Numbered from the stretch's first letter, positions 24,796 through 39,159 are shown. The stretch is 64,000 nucleotides of DNA from Octopus sinensis (GCF_006345805.1 NC_043001.1:107818001-107882000); one strand, 5' to 3'. Numbers and translations: made by a program. Notes: a model not told the origin generated them from the letters alone.

Positions 24796-25479
24796 ATAAA
24801 TGTATGTATATGTATAAGTATATGAATGTAGGTATATTTGTATATATTGACCGAGGCGGTATAGTCTGAAAGGACAAACTATTTTAGTGTTTTCTAGACA
24901 GAATCTATTACTATTAATTTTTAAATTATTCCAATTCGTTGAAAAAATGCTAATTTCAGGCATGAAATACAGTTTGGAATACGGCTGGTGGCCGCATTTC
25001 TTTTTATTATTAAAGCTGTAGCATTTCTATTGCCTTTCAAGTTGACTGTATAATAAAATAACACAATATGTTCTAACAAATGGAAAATACAATGGCTTTG
25101 ATCCGTGTCTATGCTTTGTGAGCAGTGTACGTGTGTGCAGTGCGCATGTGTGTACTAAACTGAAAATGACTATGTAGGCTATAGAGATATTCTATATGTA
25201 TATATAAATATGTATGTGTCTGCATATGTAAAATATACGACTGGATAGTTACAGTACATAATGTACAAATGCACAAACACATACATATAAATATATTACA
25301 AATATATGTGCGTGTGTATGAGTATATATATATATACAATATATAAATAGGCTTAAGAGACAGAACCTCCTTCAAGGAACTCAAATAACATAGAATGACA
25401 TTATCTATGATAGAAATATATAAGATTAACTTTTATCAAAACTAATATCTCTAATTACTATATATATATTGTTTCTTCC

Positions 25480-25770
25480 TTCTCGAGCCAGGCCTGGCTC
25501 ATAAGGCCGGTTTTTCGCTTTCCTTGGCTTGTAGGTTCCCCACCTAGACGGGACGCCGGTCCGTTGCGGGTCAGCTGCAAGATGCAGGAGGAAACAGTGT
25601 GAGAAAATTGTGACAAAAGAGTCCGCAGAAGTTCGCCGTTACCTTCTGCCGGAGCTGCGTGGCGTTTAGGTGATTCACTCATAAACACACATATCGCCCG
25701 GTCGGAGAATCGAACCCACGATCCCTCGACCGCGAGTCCGCTGCTCTAACCACTAGGTCATATGCCTCCA
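25480..25770 (-). mobile_element. tRNA-Arg-like-headed SINE
   Basis: The reverse-complement head GTGGAGGCATATGACCTAGTGGTTAGAGCAGCGGACTCGCGG..GGTTCGATTCTCC has A and B boxes. Confidence 0.75.
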
Positions 25771-25772
25771 CA

Positions 25773-25795
25773 CTATATATATATATATATATATC

Positions 25796-25827
<32 letters not shown>

Positions 25828-25843
25828 ATATATATTATATATA

Positions 25844-25921
<78 letters not shown>

Positions 25922-25988
25922 AATATATATATATGTATGTATTTATGTATATATATATGTATGTATATATATATATATATATATATAT
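25773..25988. repeat. (TA)n microsatellite
   Basis: Directly visible. Confidence 0.95.
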
Positions 25989-26097
25989 TTTAAATGTCCT
26001 GCTTTGAAACTGCATTGGGTACGATTAGTGAAATTTTGGTAGTAATGACTTATGTCCCTCTTAGTGTGAGGCATTTATGTGTAATAATGCCCTCTAT

Positions 26098-26154
<57 letters not shown>

Positions 26155-26157
26155 AGT

Positions 26158-26450
26158 GTGGAGGCACATGGCCTAGTGGTTAGTGCAGCGGATTCGCGGT
26201 CGTAGGATCGCGGTTTCGATTCCCAGACCGGGCGTTGTGTTTATTAAGTGAAAGCACCTAAAGCTCCACGAGGGTCCTGCAGGGGGTGGGGTAGGCGATC
26301 CCTGCTGTACTCTTTAGCCAAAACCTTTTCTCCCTCTTTCTTCTGTTGGGCTGCTCGCTTAGCCAGCGGGGTGGCGTCACATTATGGCTAAAACAATGCG
26401 AAGCGCATTGTGACCATCGATGTGTAGTAACATCTGATAGCCTGGTAATC
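26158..26450 (+). mobile_element. tRNA-Arg-like-headed SINE
   Basis: A box TGGCCTAGTGG, B box GGTTTCGATTCCC. The body is shared with 32866 and 48123. Confidence 0.8.
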
Positions 26451-26534
26451 ACGTGATATATATATATATACACACGCACATATTGCTGATGTCATAAAAA
26501 TACACATACATACATACATACATATAAAATACCC

Positions 26535-26630
26535 TGTTGATGTTGAAAATCCAATGAAGGATCCTTGGATCTAGGTTTGAAACCGGCTCTTTCTCTATAG
26601 GCAAGAAATATTGAAATAAAACTGAACAAT
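26535..26630 (+). repeat. Dispersed repeat with HHR-relic motif (CCAATGA core)
   Basis: Homologous to 52110-52215 (-). Confidence 0.55.
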
Positions 26631-27099
26631 GTCATACATACACACACGCTCATTGTTAATGTTATAAGAACTTTGAAATTCTTAGAGAACATGAAATATT
26701 TTTTGGAATAGTGAAACTCGAAGCAGATGAAAGAAACCCATAAATAACCATGCTGTGTTTAGCTGCAACTTATTTCAACGACTCCGGAAATTCAACCTCG
26801 GCAGAACTTGAACTTAGAACGTAAAGACTGACGAAATATTACTAAGCATTTTGTACAGCGTGCTAATGATTCTGCCTCCCCTACACCTCTATAAAGCTAC
26901 TGATAATAACGTGCATTGGTGAGGATTAGCTATCAAGATCATTTGATATTTTGCATTTATTTGCAAAATTTGTGGACCATAGTCTGCAACATGCAACTCT
27001 GCAATAGATGTAACAGCTGAGAAGGCTGAGAGGCCTCACCAAAAGAAACCTTACCTGGTCGTGGAATCGAACCTAATTCCTTCAATTGAGAATTTATTG

Positions 27100-27400
27100 C
27101 GTAACTACTGCGCTGCATACTTTTTTCAGCTTTATCTGTTTTTCTCTCCTTCTCTTGCTTTCTGTGAAATGTCGTATAGCCCCTGCAATTTTGAAGTTAC
27201 TGCGCAAACCTTCTCGTAAAAATTGAATTACACTATTCATAGGTGTACGCATGCTTTTGCGCTGAAATCTACGTCCGTCCTTGTGCCTAGTTAAACAAAT
27301 CAATATTTACAAAAGCTTAACTTCTAAGTCAATCAGCTATAAACCTTCTTCAACTATTTCCGCTGACAACGAAGAATGAGGGAACCCTCTAAGCAAGATA
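27100..27400 (-). mobile_element. Possible DNA transposase (hAT-like C-terminus) remnant
   Basis: Translated AIRHFTESKRRR weakly resembles the hAT dimerisation end. Confidence 0.2.
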
Positions 27401-29169
27401 CTTTTTGTTGTTGTTGTTGTTGTTGTTTTGTGGCGTAGTTAACAAGTTAAATATGGTTGATTGATTAGATCTTGTTTGAGAGCTTTCATCTGTAAAGCTA
27501 TTGCATCCGATACTGCCTATTAAATTAATCAAAGTATTTAAGTCATATAACAACAACCGGAATCACCAGCATGTAATTTCTCAGCCACTATAGAATATTT
27601 CAGTGGCTTTACCTTGGTCAAGGCAATTAATTCTTCTGCAGTCAATTCTATTAAACCCTTTGTGGGTGTCGAAGTTATTATTCACTCGTCGTTGCAAGCA
27701 GACCTCAATAATTCATTAGACTTGAAATGCACTTACTGAATCAGCAATAAATGTAAAAGTCTTATAAGAACGAGTAAGACTAGCGTGGATATATTTGGAA
27801 TTTTTTTGACAATACATAAACTGAAGTCATCATACGTCCTATTGCTTAGAAGTGCCATGTTAATCGGCAGAAATAAATAGAATATTACCTTAATGGGTTT
27901 AATATGTGAAATATCAAACACAACGTGAAAAAATAGGTATTTAATAATTACTGAAACTTCTTTAGAAAAGAAGAAAGAGAATTAGGTATTTCTAGCAAAT
28001 CTATGTCTGAAGTGAATGAGGTTATGATGATTTTCCATGGTTCTCCTCGGGGAAGGTTACCCTATGTCTCAATAACAAAATTTACATATCATTCCTCAAC
28101 CCATCGTTAGAAATGACAGTTGGCGGAGAACGGTTCTGGAAGTAAAGCTTGTTATTATTGTTGTTGCTCCCTTTTAGCAACAGATTATTCTTGATTATTT
28201 TCTTCATCAAACGCTTTTTATCTACGCCCATGTCATATTATTCATCTTTGATTTCAATGCCCAATGTACTCTTTCCATTTTCAAAACGTTGCGCATGGTT
28301 TAAGAGATTTTTTATGTAATTTCTAGCGAGATTATCATAAAAGCACCAAAGTGAACCCAAGTTCATAGACTCATAGTTTAGCTTCAGGTGGGCCTGGAAA
28401 AAGTATTCCTGCCAAGACATTTTCATTAAAAAATGTCTGTTTCTGCATTTCTATATAAATCGGATAGGATGTGATATGAGGGATATTTGGTTGTTATTTC
28501 TGGAAGGTAGAACAACCGAGTATTCGCTTCTTTCTTGGCTCGAAGATAAATTGAACTGGCAACAAAAGAATACTCGTTCTGATTTGACATCAGAAGATAG
28601 TTTGACCTGCTAGAAATAACTGATAAGTCTCGCGCAGATCATAACCGAGATTCACAATTTTGAAATGGACTCATCAAAAATGAACACGAGAAAGACAGGA
28701 TAGTCACAGCCGGAGCGCCTTTGATCGTTCTTAGTTCAAACTCCGTCGAGGTTTTCCTTTTCATACGTGTTCGAAATTAATATAACAGTGAAATTTGATT
28801 TTCACATTGATTTTATTCGTAAATATGGTCCTGTAGCAATCATGTTTTTCCTAACTACATTAAAGAACAAAAATATAAAGCTTATTATAAACAAGGTACA
28901 AATGGTTTGGAGAGCCAAGATTTTCAAGCAGAATCTAGTCATGTCTGATCTCGTTTATTTTACTAACATCCTGTTTAACGATGTTTACAGCATTTGAAAC
29001 GTGTTGACATTAAAGATTGTACAGGAATCAACAAAGCGATTTGCACGTGTTCATTATGCTAACGGTTACCATTATTATAATAGTAATGTTCCCCTAATGG
29101 CATTTAAATTGAAATTTAAAAATTATTCGAAAATGAAAGAAACCAACTTCTTTTAATTTTGAGAGTTTG

Positions 29170-29480
29170 TTAATGAAATTTGGGTAATGACCGAAAGATC
29201 ACGAATGCAAGCAGCCGAAATAGGATTCGTCCAAACGGTATCTAGAGTAATGTTAGTCGAAAGGGTATGAACCTCGGAGATCGAGGAGTCTAAGCAGGTT
29301 GAGCTGCTACTTATCCGCACTGAGAGGTCACAGCCCCGGTACTGCGAACATGTGATTAGAATGTAATAGGAACGGACCGCAAGATGGATTCTTCTAAGCG
29401 AGCTAATCGCTGGGAGCCTTAAGAGTAGATCAAGAACTAGTTGCATAGCATCACGAGTCTCAGATGATCACGCTTGGGAA
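29170..29480 (+). mobile_element. RTE-clade LINE 3' fragment
   Basis: Translates WVMTERSRMQAAEIGFVQTVSRV..ER..SEIEES.QVELLLIRTERSQ.RY.EHVIRM, a typical RTE ORF C-terminus with stops. Confidence 0.75.
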
Positions 29481-30514
29481 TCCAGCAACAAAATGTAATA
29501 TCAGTTGCTTCTGAAAGAAACTTATGGCATCGATACTTGAGGACTGTACTTCTAAGATCCACCACAGAATAGTGGACAGAATAGCGCGAGAATAGTGGAC
29601 AGAATAGAGACAGAATAGAATTATGTACCAATCAAAATATTGATTGGTACAGAACTCTTGGTAAGCCAACATTTTTAACCAGGATCTATTTCTCTTTTAG
29701 CTTATTTGTTTATATTGTTTTAGCCAGGTTTTCTATATTCAAAACTTGTTGAGATCTCACAGAAATCGACGAAACCAAGTGCCTGTGTTTTCTGTGGCAA
29801 CGGTTAACTTGTGATAAATTCACTGATTCGTATTCGGGATTAATTTTAAAAACAATGAACACGATACCTTTCTCTATTTCTTCCGATTCATTTCATTCTG
29901 AGTTCAAATCACGTTCTGGCTTACTTGGACGATAGATTAATACGTTTGCTTGGTTTAACACTACCATCTGGGCTTTAAATGCGTTTAGAAGTTCTCACTC
30001 TGTCGCTAGTATTCAACCTAGATGTCCACCTTCATCATGATTTCCTCCGTTCCTCGAAGGCTCTGAAGTAATGAAAACTGAACAAAAAAAGTTGTAATTC
30101 TAACGCTCCTTAAGTAAAGCCTTTCTCTTGGATATTTCTACCTCTCTTTATTCTTCTTATGCAAAAAAAAAATCTCCCTCCATCTCCCTGTCTTTCATTC
30201 CTTTTCTGCTTCTGTTCTACTCCGCATAAATTCTCTTCTCTTTCCCTGCCTTTTGGTCTTTAAATCTTTGTCACTACTATGTGAACTGTGTTTACCAACA
30301 TTCTCTCGATGAGGAGAGCCGGGCTTATTGTAATATCACCGAGAAACTGTTTACTGGTTGCATATCCAAGATTTATTCCATTTCCCATCATCAAATTATG
30401 AATATTACGATTTTTACGTAATTCCGAAAATTCTGAAACAGTTGTAGTTAAGAAATTATGTATTCACAACTTAACATTCTGTATTTTTATGGTCTCTGTA
30501 AATGTTAATGTGTG

Positions 30515-30518
<4 letters not shown>

Positions 30519-30560
<42 letters not shown>

Positions 30561-30870
30561 CAAACACACAAACACACACACAAACACACACACGCACACA
30601 CAAATATATATATACATATATATATATATATACACACAAATATATATATATATATATATACAGAGAGAGAGAGAGAGAGAGAGATTTATATTTATATTTA
30701 TATTTATATATATTTATATATATATATATATATATATATACATACACATACACATATATATGTATATATAGATATATGCAGTGTGTATGTATCACGCTTA
30801 ATTGTTTATCATGCACACACCCATATACACACGCACGCACACCCACCCACCCATACACACACACACACAT

Positions 30871-30908
<38 letters not shown>

Positions 30909-30917
30909 TATATTATA

Positions 30918-30955
<38 letters not shown>
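30519..30955. repeat. Compound (CA)n/(TA)n/(GA)n microsatellite
   Basis: Directly visible. Confidence 0.95.
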
Positions 30956-30958
<3 letters not shown>

Positions 30959-31361
30959 TGTATTCTTAATTGAGTTTCATGAGAATGTACCTAATATATG
31001 CATGCCAGAATGAATTTGTGCAACGCAACGTTGACTATGAAATGGTGAAATATAGATTTCTCTGATGGTTATGTATATCTTCCTTTTATGGAAATCATAA
31101 TACTATTGCTAAATACTCAAAGTTCTGCTTAATCTAAATTGCCCTTCAGTACTGGGGGCTAAATATTGTATATGAATATTTATGGAGTAAATCTCTGGAG
31201 TCTATTTGTCACATAACTGTATAGAAATATTGAGCTTGAAGTTTGGCACTTGTACAAGAATAACTATTGAGGTATAAGGTTCTCTCTAGTTTCTTTAAAC
31301 GTGTCCTGTTTTTTGCGAACCTATGTACGAGAACATATAAATATATCTATATGTATATATT

Positions 31362-31413
<52 letters not shown>

Positions 31414-31435
31414 CATACATACATACATACATATA

Positions 31436-31710
31436 TAGAGTGCGGTGAATAAATTGCCGTCTAGATTACGCCAAAATGAAAATAACACTGACATCTCATT
31501 ATAAAAGATATATTTACCAAAATTACATAAAAATATTTTGAAATACTAGAGAGTAAATTTATTCAATAAAATCGCAATTGGCTGAAACCGTGGCCTACTG
31601 ACAACCTCGGAATCTCTTGCAACTCTTCTGGACTGTCTCCTTGTTTAAGTTGGTGAATCTTGCTATAATCCTTGCCTTCAGTTCATCTTTGGTGTTACAA
31701 GGAGTTTTGT
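31436..31710 (-). mobile_element. Tc1/mariner-superfamily transposase C-terminus and terminal repeat
   Basis: PCNTKDELKARIIARFTNLNKETVQKSCKRFRG. TA-flanked end TAGAGTGCGGTGAATAAATTG. Confidence 0.65.
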
Positions 31711-31721
31711 TTTTCTCTCGC

Positions 31722-31788
<67 letters not shown>

Positions 31789-32651
31789 TATATATATACA
31801 TCTGATACGTAAGCAACGAGAAAAAATAGAAAACAGGTAGAGTTAATCAAAGAGAGGACCCTTCATCAGTTGTCGGGTGTCTATATACTCATCATTTCAA
31901 GCATTCAACAATATGAGTCTTCAAAGACAGTTGCTCCTATAAATTTTAAAATAAAATATAGGAATTATGGAGGGTGAAAGTTTGTAACAAAAAACTGACA
32001 ATGGAGGCATACAAGGAAGCCGAACGAAAACAAACGAACGAAAACAAACATGGAGGGTCGTTAGACCAGAACGAGAGGAAAATAGTGAACGCTGGGAGAA
32101 ATATTTTTGCTCTTTGAAAAGAGAAAAAATAGAAGAAAGAGAGAGAAAAAACATCCGTTCGTTTAAATGTCCGTTTAGGAAAAGAAAGATGGTCATGCGA
32201 GGAAAAAGATGATGGTCACGTGTGAGCAAAGAGAGATAAAGAGAAAGAGAAAGAGGGTTGAGAGAGACAGACAGATAGAAAAAAGTGGAGATAGATAGGT
32301 AGATAGTTATAGATTCCTATATACACGTATGTATATATGTATATATATACATATATATATGTGTGTGTGTATTTATATATATATATATGTATGTATATCT
32401 TAATCAAATATATTCAATGAGAATACAATATACTTAATTTCTAATAAGTGCTCTTGGTAGGGAAACGTCTAAAACATTAAAGGTATTTAAACATTTAATA
32501 AGATCGATTATATATTATATTATTAAATAATAGCAGGAAAATTACATCAAAAAATCATCACAAAAGATATAAGTCCAAAATGATATTGTATTAATTGAGT
32601 AAATGTATAAATATACAAAGTATGATTATTTAAAATGTTTAAAAGTTTAAA

Positions 32652-32853
32652 ATAACTTACGATCGTTTCATGAATGTATTACCCTTCGAAATATTATTAT
32701 TATTAGGTAATACATCCAATCGTCAGAGAGAAAGAGTACGAAAACAATGTTGTTTAAGCATCATCTTTTAAATATATTTTTAAATAGCATTCGATTGACT
32801 ACACAGAAATTCACCCTCTTTCTCTCTGACGAGTGGACGTATTACCTAATAAT
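32652..32853. mobile_element. Foldback element; the left arm carries an HHR with canonical CUGACGA core (32652-32732, -)
   Basis: Inverted repeats 32699-32736 and 32814-32853. Minus strand reads CT-CTGACGA-T-TGGATGTATTACC(loop)GGTAATACATTCA-T-GAA-ACGATCGT-A-AG. Confidence 0.65.
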
Positions 32854-32865
32854 GATTATCGTATG

Positions 32866-33010
32866 ATCCCGGTTTCGATTCCCAGACCGGGCGGTGTGAA
32901 TGTTTATTGAGCGAAAATACCTAAAGCTCCACGAGACTCCGGCAGGGTGGGGGTGGCGAACCCTGCTGTACTCTTTCACCACAACTTTCTCTCACTCTTT
33001 CTTCCTGTTT
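32866..33010 (+). mobile_element. Partial tRNA-Arg-like SINE
   Basis: Matches the body of 26158-26450. Confidence 0.7.
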
Positions 33011-33211
33011 CAAATGTCCAGCCTTGTCACCGTCATGACATAAAAGCTTATATTAAACAAATTAGTTTCGTGTATCAAGACATCGCCGAGTGTATCATTT
33101 TTCCTCCAGATACATCTCTTCAGGTGCCCTGAGATTTTGGACATACATCAGAAGACAGCTCAAGGAAGAATTGTATACTTCTTCACCTCTCTCTCTCTCT
33201 CTCTCTCTCCT

Positions 33212-33247
<36 letters not shown>

Positions 33248-33777
33248 GCACACACACATGCACACATACACATACATACACACATATACACACGCACTCA
33301 CTCACTCACTCACTCACTCACTCACTCACTCACTCACTCATTCTTTCCCTTCAGTCTATAACCCTACTAAAATGCTGAGGTGACATCAAGTCTGTTCTCA
33401 CCAACTGACAACTGATGCAGCTACAATTCTTTACGTTTCCCTGTTAGAGGAATTTGCTTTTACAGCTCATTTAATATTCTACGTAAGCAGCTCTCTCAAA
33501 ACGGTACTTCATTATCCACTTATGACTTTTATGCTTTTCGCCAATCATCAATCTTGTTGATAATTTCTCGTTCTACTAGACGTTATACATTCAAACGTAC
33601 CTTCGTTATATATGAAGTATACTTAGAATAAACTACGCTTAGTATAAATTACTCTTGAGAATATCAAGAATTGGGGACTAGCAGTCAGTAAAAATACAAG
33701 ACAATACTGAACGTTGCACCAACACCAGTGTGGAGCAACGTACGACATTACGCAACCCATATATATGTGTGTGCGTG

Positions 33778-33876
<99 letters not shown>

Positions 33877-34149
33877 AAATATGTTACAAAAAGAAAATAG
33901 AAAATACACGTGGAAATGTCAGGAGATAATAAGAAAAATCAGCGAAACTGCACATTGTAAGTAAAAAAAGAAAATGCTTTTTATGAAAGGTAACGACAGA
34001 TATATACTTTTAGATGGGCTGAGGTAGTAATAAAAGTCATAAAAGTCATTATTATGAGATTATTAAAGAGTCAGAATGCATACCATGTTTTCGTCATAAG
34101 CTATTCATTGCTTTGAATGAACTCCGGCTAATCCGGCTATATATATGTA

Positions 34150-34220
<71 letters not shown>

Positions 34221-34380
34221 TGTGTGTGTGTTGTATATATATATATGTATATATATAGATGTATATGTATATATATTTATAGATAGATATATATATGTGT
34301 GTGTGTGTTTGTAATATATATATATATGTATATATATAGATGTATATGTATGTATTATATATATATATATATATTTACAT

Positions 34381-34494
<114 letters not shown>

Positions 34495-34689
34495 AGAAGG
34501 TTGGAAAGTAACAAACGAGATGATATGTATAAGGAAAATGCCACTTTTGCATGAAAGTATAGAGAGACTTAAAGAATTTCAAGCACTTCTAAATGGACTT
34601 AGCTGTATTCCATCGTAAACTGAATGTTTATGTGATCAACAACTTCCATTCTGTGAAATCCTCATTAAGAAATAGAAACAGACATATAC

Positions 34690-35342
34690 TATAGGTTCAC
34701 GGACTCCAATATCTACCGTTCAAGTCATGCTGCCCCAGACACACTAGAATGAACATCCCATTCAACCTGGCAAAAAGGATTTGTTTATAGTTTCTAATAC
34801 AAGCACCCGATTACATGAACTAAAAGATACACTCATCAGCAAGAACTACCCACCGTCACTAACAGATAGAGGCTTTCAACGTTCCCTACAACTCAACATC
34901 CACAAACTCAGACATACCAAATTAAACAAGGATTTACAACCAACATCCCTACCATACACATCCACACAAAACCCTCTTAACAATGAAGCCTTCGACACCA
35001 TCCTCCAGGCCATTCCCCTACTAAAAGGGCCCACAAAATGAATCTAATCCTCCAGATGCATCCCATCATAAAGAGCAAAAAACAACCCAAGTCAATGAAA
35101 AGTCTTCTAAAACAAGCCAAACACACTCGTCAACACCACTGAAACCATTAGTAAAAAAAAGCGGAAGACCTAACTGTGGTATATGCGCCAACCTAATTGA
35201 GGGATCGGAGTTCTCCTTCAAACAAGGTCAACATTGAAAAATTATTTCACATGTGCTTCGGAAAAACTAACATATGTGTTAACTTGCTCTGGCTGTCGAG
35301 AGCAATACATAGTCCAAACCAAAGGCAGCCTACATACCAGAT
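34690..35342 (+). mobile_element. Penelope-like element remnant (RT C-terminus and GIY-YIG endonuclease)
   Basis: IPFNLAKR..IVSN...RLHELKDTL.SKNYP; CGRPNCGIC; FTCASEKLTYVLTCSGCREQYIVQT. Confidence 0.75.
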
Positions 35343-35664
35343 TAGGGCGTTGGGAGATGGGGAGGCGAGAGTGGGAAAAGCAAGGGTGGTTGTGGGTTAG
35401 GCTGAGGGTGGAAGTAGAGGTAGGGTATGTGTGTAGACGGAGGGGTAGAGAAGGAGTATGTGGGAGTGGTGTAAGGGATGGGGAAAGATAAGGAAGGTGG
35501 GGTGGAATTGTTGGGGTGGGGTGGTCTTACGAGGGAGGGGTGACGATGAAGGAGGCGAAGGAGAAGGTGAATAGAAGTGAAGCGAAGTATGAGTCGGAGC
35601 AAGAGAGGAGAGGGGAAGAGAGTTCAGCCCATGTGGGGCAAAGGAGCGAAGAGAGAAGATTAAT

Positions 35665-35702
<38 letters not shown>

Positions 35703-35704
35703 AC

Positions 35705-35812
35705 TTGTTAAAGACTTGTTTATTTATATTTCCTGAGCGCCATACTAATACAATTGTTCGTTTGTTTTCCACCTGCCTTCGTCTTTTGTCTATTTTCATA
35801 AAGCTTCCCGTT
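35705..35812 (+). mobile_element. Fragment of the pLTR-like family at 53960-54150 (HHR core missing)
   Basis: Shares GTTAAAGAC...CCTGAGCG..ATACTAATAC...CACCTG.CTTCGTCTTTTG. Confidence 0.6.
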
Positions 35813-37007
35813 ATATATATATATATATATATATATACATAACTTTAACCATAAATTTTTACTTGTGCGTGCTCACCAAGAATGTTCCTGCTTAACTACC
35901 TCAAATAAGCCCACGCCCAAACAAGTCTACCTCACACTTCTCATTTGATATTTTCTACATTGCTTAAGGCATTATCACGTTATTACATTCTACAGTTTCA
36001 TTATTACATAGACTTTCCTCGTTAATATTTTGGCAGTAATTACCGATAACCCTACCTCTATTGTCGCTTGAAAAGTATCTTGAACTCCTAAATGAGATAC
36101 CTGTTTCTTGAATATATTCATGGCAATATCTTCTGCTTTATTTGCTTTAACTAAACTAGCTGTAGATTATCAAAATTTAGCATCAGTAGGATGTAAAATC
36201 CGTGGATTATTGCAAATGTGATCTTTTAAATTAAAACAAGTATTTAACTCGCCTGCTTTGGTGATTACCACTACCGAAGCAAACCCTCCTGTCAGCTTCA
36301 TCTATCGTGAGCAAATTTTTATTAATCTTAATTAGCACAGCTCGAATCACTTCCAACTGAACTTCTCTGACAGTTGTGCACATATACGGCCTTACTAAGC
36401 GCCTCTATCAGAAGCATAGCTACATTTGTATCTGAGTCGTTAATCAGAATATTTTCATCTTTTAGCAGTATTTCCTGCAACAGTATTCGAAAGAAACTTG
36501 AAAATTAATGTATTATGAAGACGCGAACGAAAATAAGAAGATTAACTGTTTCGCTTAATATGATGAAGAGGACTTCTCTTGCGTTTTTGTTAAATTGTCG
36601 ACACTGAAATATAAACAAAATATATTCGAAATAAAAAATATTCCAAAATCTGATGCTGCAACACGAACTTCCGTACGTGAAAGGATTAATCAATCTGCCT
36701 TTCTCTCTGCTGGTGATGTAATTATTTTTCATTTATGATTTTTTGCTGTTCCTTTCTATTATTTATTTCTATTTGCAACATATTCAATGTAGAATTAAAA
36801 AAATTTCAATGATGACGTGCTTTGTAAAGTGTCTGCCTACGGCTATTGATTTCCTTCTTACGAGATGCAAGTCCACAATTAAATAAAATTCAGAGAGATG
36901 GAGAGACACAGGGGGGATGTTTGTAGAATAGCCAGAGACAGAAAGTAAAATAATTGAGAGAGGAGGTAGAAGAGATTGTGATGTGTAACAGATATATATA
37001 TATATAT

Positions 37008-37066
<59 letters not shown>

Positions 37067-37098
37067 TATATATATATATATAGTATGTATGTATGTAT

Positions 37099-37462
37099 AA
37101 ATATCGTGTACATTAAAACACATTAAGAGGCTTCCAAATAGGAAAGCCTTGTGCTAGAAAGAGCAGTAGAAAACTCAAACCACTAATTTTGGATAAATTC
37201 TCGAAAGGAATGAAAATTAAAAGTTATCCAAATTATCCAAAAATTATCCAAAATTAGTGGTTTGAGTTTTTACTACTCTTTCTAGCACAAGGTTTTCCTA
37301 TTTGGAAGCCTCTTAATGTATTTTAATGTATACGATATTTTTATGTGAGTAATATATAGTCTATTGACTACTTTTTTCTGCGCTAGGCCACTGGTAATAA
37401 CAATTTCTATAATTCTTAATTATATTAATAATATTATTATTTTTTTATTATGTTTATATATA

Positions 37463-37541
<79 letters not shown>

Positions 37542-37905
37542 ATATATGTATAAATATCGTGTACATTAAAACACATTAAGAGGCTTCCAAATAGGAAAGC
37601 CTTGTGCTAGAAAGAGCAGTAGAAAACTCAAACCACTAATTTTGGATAAATTCTCGAAAGGAATGAAAATTAAAAGTTATCCAAATTATCCAAAAATTAT
37701 CCAAAATTAGTGGTTTGAGTTTTTACTACTCTTTCTAGCACAAGGTTTTCCTATTTGGAAGCCTCTTAATGTATTTTAATGTATACGATATTTTTATGTG
37801 AGTAATATATAGTCTATTGACTACTTTTTTCTGCGCTAGGCCACTGGTAATAACAATTTCTATAATTCTTAATTATATTAATAATATTATTATTTTTTTA
37901 TTATG
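37099..37905. repeat. Tandem duplication (period 453) of a unit containing a ~240-bp foldback MITE-like element
   Basis: Foldbacks at 37099-37340 and 37552-37793 with ~100-bp arms. The copies look identical and are separated by (TA)n. Confidence 0.9.
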
Positions 37906-37940
37906 TTTATATATATATATATATATATAATATATATATG

Positions 37941-37973
<33 letters not shown>

Positions 37974-38047
37974 GGATGGATGGATGGATGGATGGATGGA
38001 TGGATGGATGGATGGATGGATGGATAGAATGTGTGTGATAGAGAGAG

Positions 38048-38082
<35 letters not shown>

Positions 38083-38109
38083 TAGAGATCTAATGAAGTT
38101 TTGTTATTT

Positions 38110-38420
38110 TCATAACGATTTCAGTGTCAATTCTACTGCAAATGCAGTGAATAAGCTATTACTCGCGAATGGAAATCGCATCACCGAGTGAAGTTATTTT
38201 TCTTGAAGTATGTCCGTTGTTAGTTGAAAGACTTTGCAGTTGTAATATGAATGATAAATTGTGAAGTTAATGCATGTTCCAGAGATATTAGCAACCTACT
38301 TGAGAGGCAAGTGCTACGTTCAACCAAAGCGCAAATGTCGTCCACGGCTTCAGTATTCATGATCTCTCTACGAGAGCCAATATTTTCATACAATTATTTG
38401 CTATTGTATAATCTGAAGAG
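38110..38420 (-). mobile_element. Decayed mariner transposase fragment
   Basis: Translates TEAVDDICALVE...LLISL...FIIHI, resembling the mariner HTH region. Confidence 0.35.
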
Positions 38421-38901
38421 CCATGTCTGTTTGACAGGGTAAATAAAAATGTATTATATCCATCCCTTTCTTGGAAGCATCAGTGTTGTATTCAGAAGCA
38501 AATGAAATTCAACATGTGATTGAGGTCCTGTCACATTTTGTGAGATTACAGCATCCTCTTCGTGTTTCAGGAATTTACGAATATAAATATCGATTACAAA
38601 ACATCTATAAAAAAAATACCTGTCAAACAGCACATGACAGATTTAATTCATACTGGTCAACTACTAATATTTCGTATCGATACTGAAGGATGCAAAGAAA
38701 GACTGATAAGGTTTGAACTTTCAACGCAAACGTTCCTAACTAGATTCGGAAAACAATTTTCTGGAGACATTCATATTTCTACTAATCAACAAAACTTCTT
38801 ACAGACTTTTGTTTGATATACTTAAGACATGGATACTCTCTTTCTATTTTTATCACATTATTTCATTTAAAAAAAAACTTAGGATTATGTCAGATAATCA
38901 A

Positions 38902-38979
<78 letters not shown>

Positions 38980-39048
38980 GACAGGCAGACAGACAGACAG
39001 TTAGACAGATAGATAGATAGACAGACGGACAGACAGACAGACAGACAC

Positions 39049-39159
<111 letters not shown>

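Noticed and set aside
26158-26230. tRNA-Arg-like genes at SINE heads
   Set aside because: The acceptor stem and cloverleaf are incomplete and are followed by the SINE body, so these are SINE heads rather than tRNA genes.
31810-31880. CTGATGAAGGG on the minus strand
   Set aside because: No matching stem II or GAAA, so at most a broken relic.
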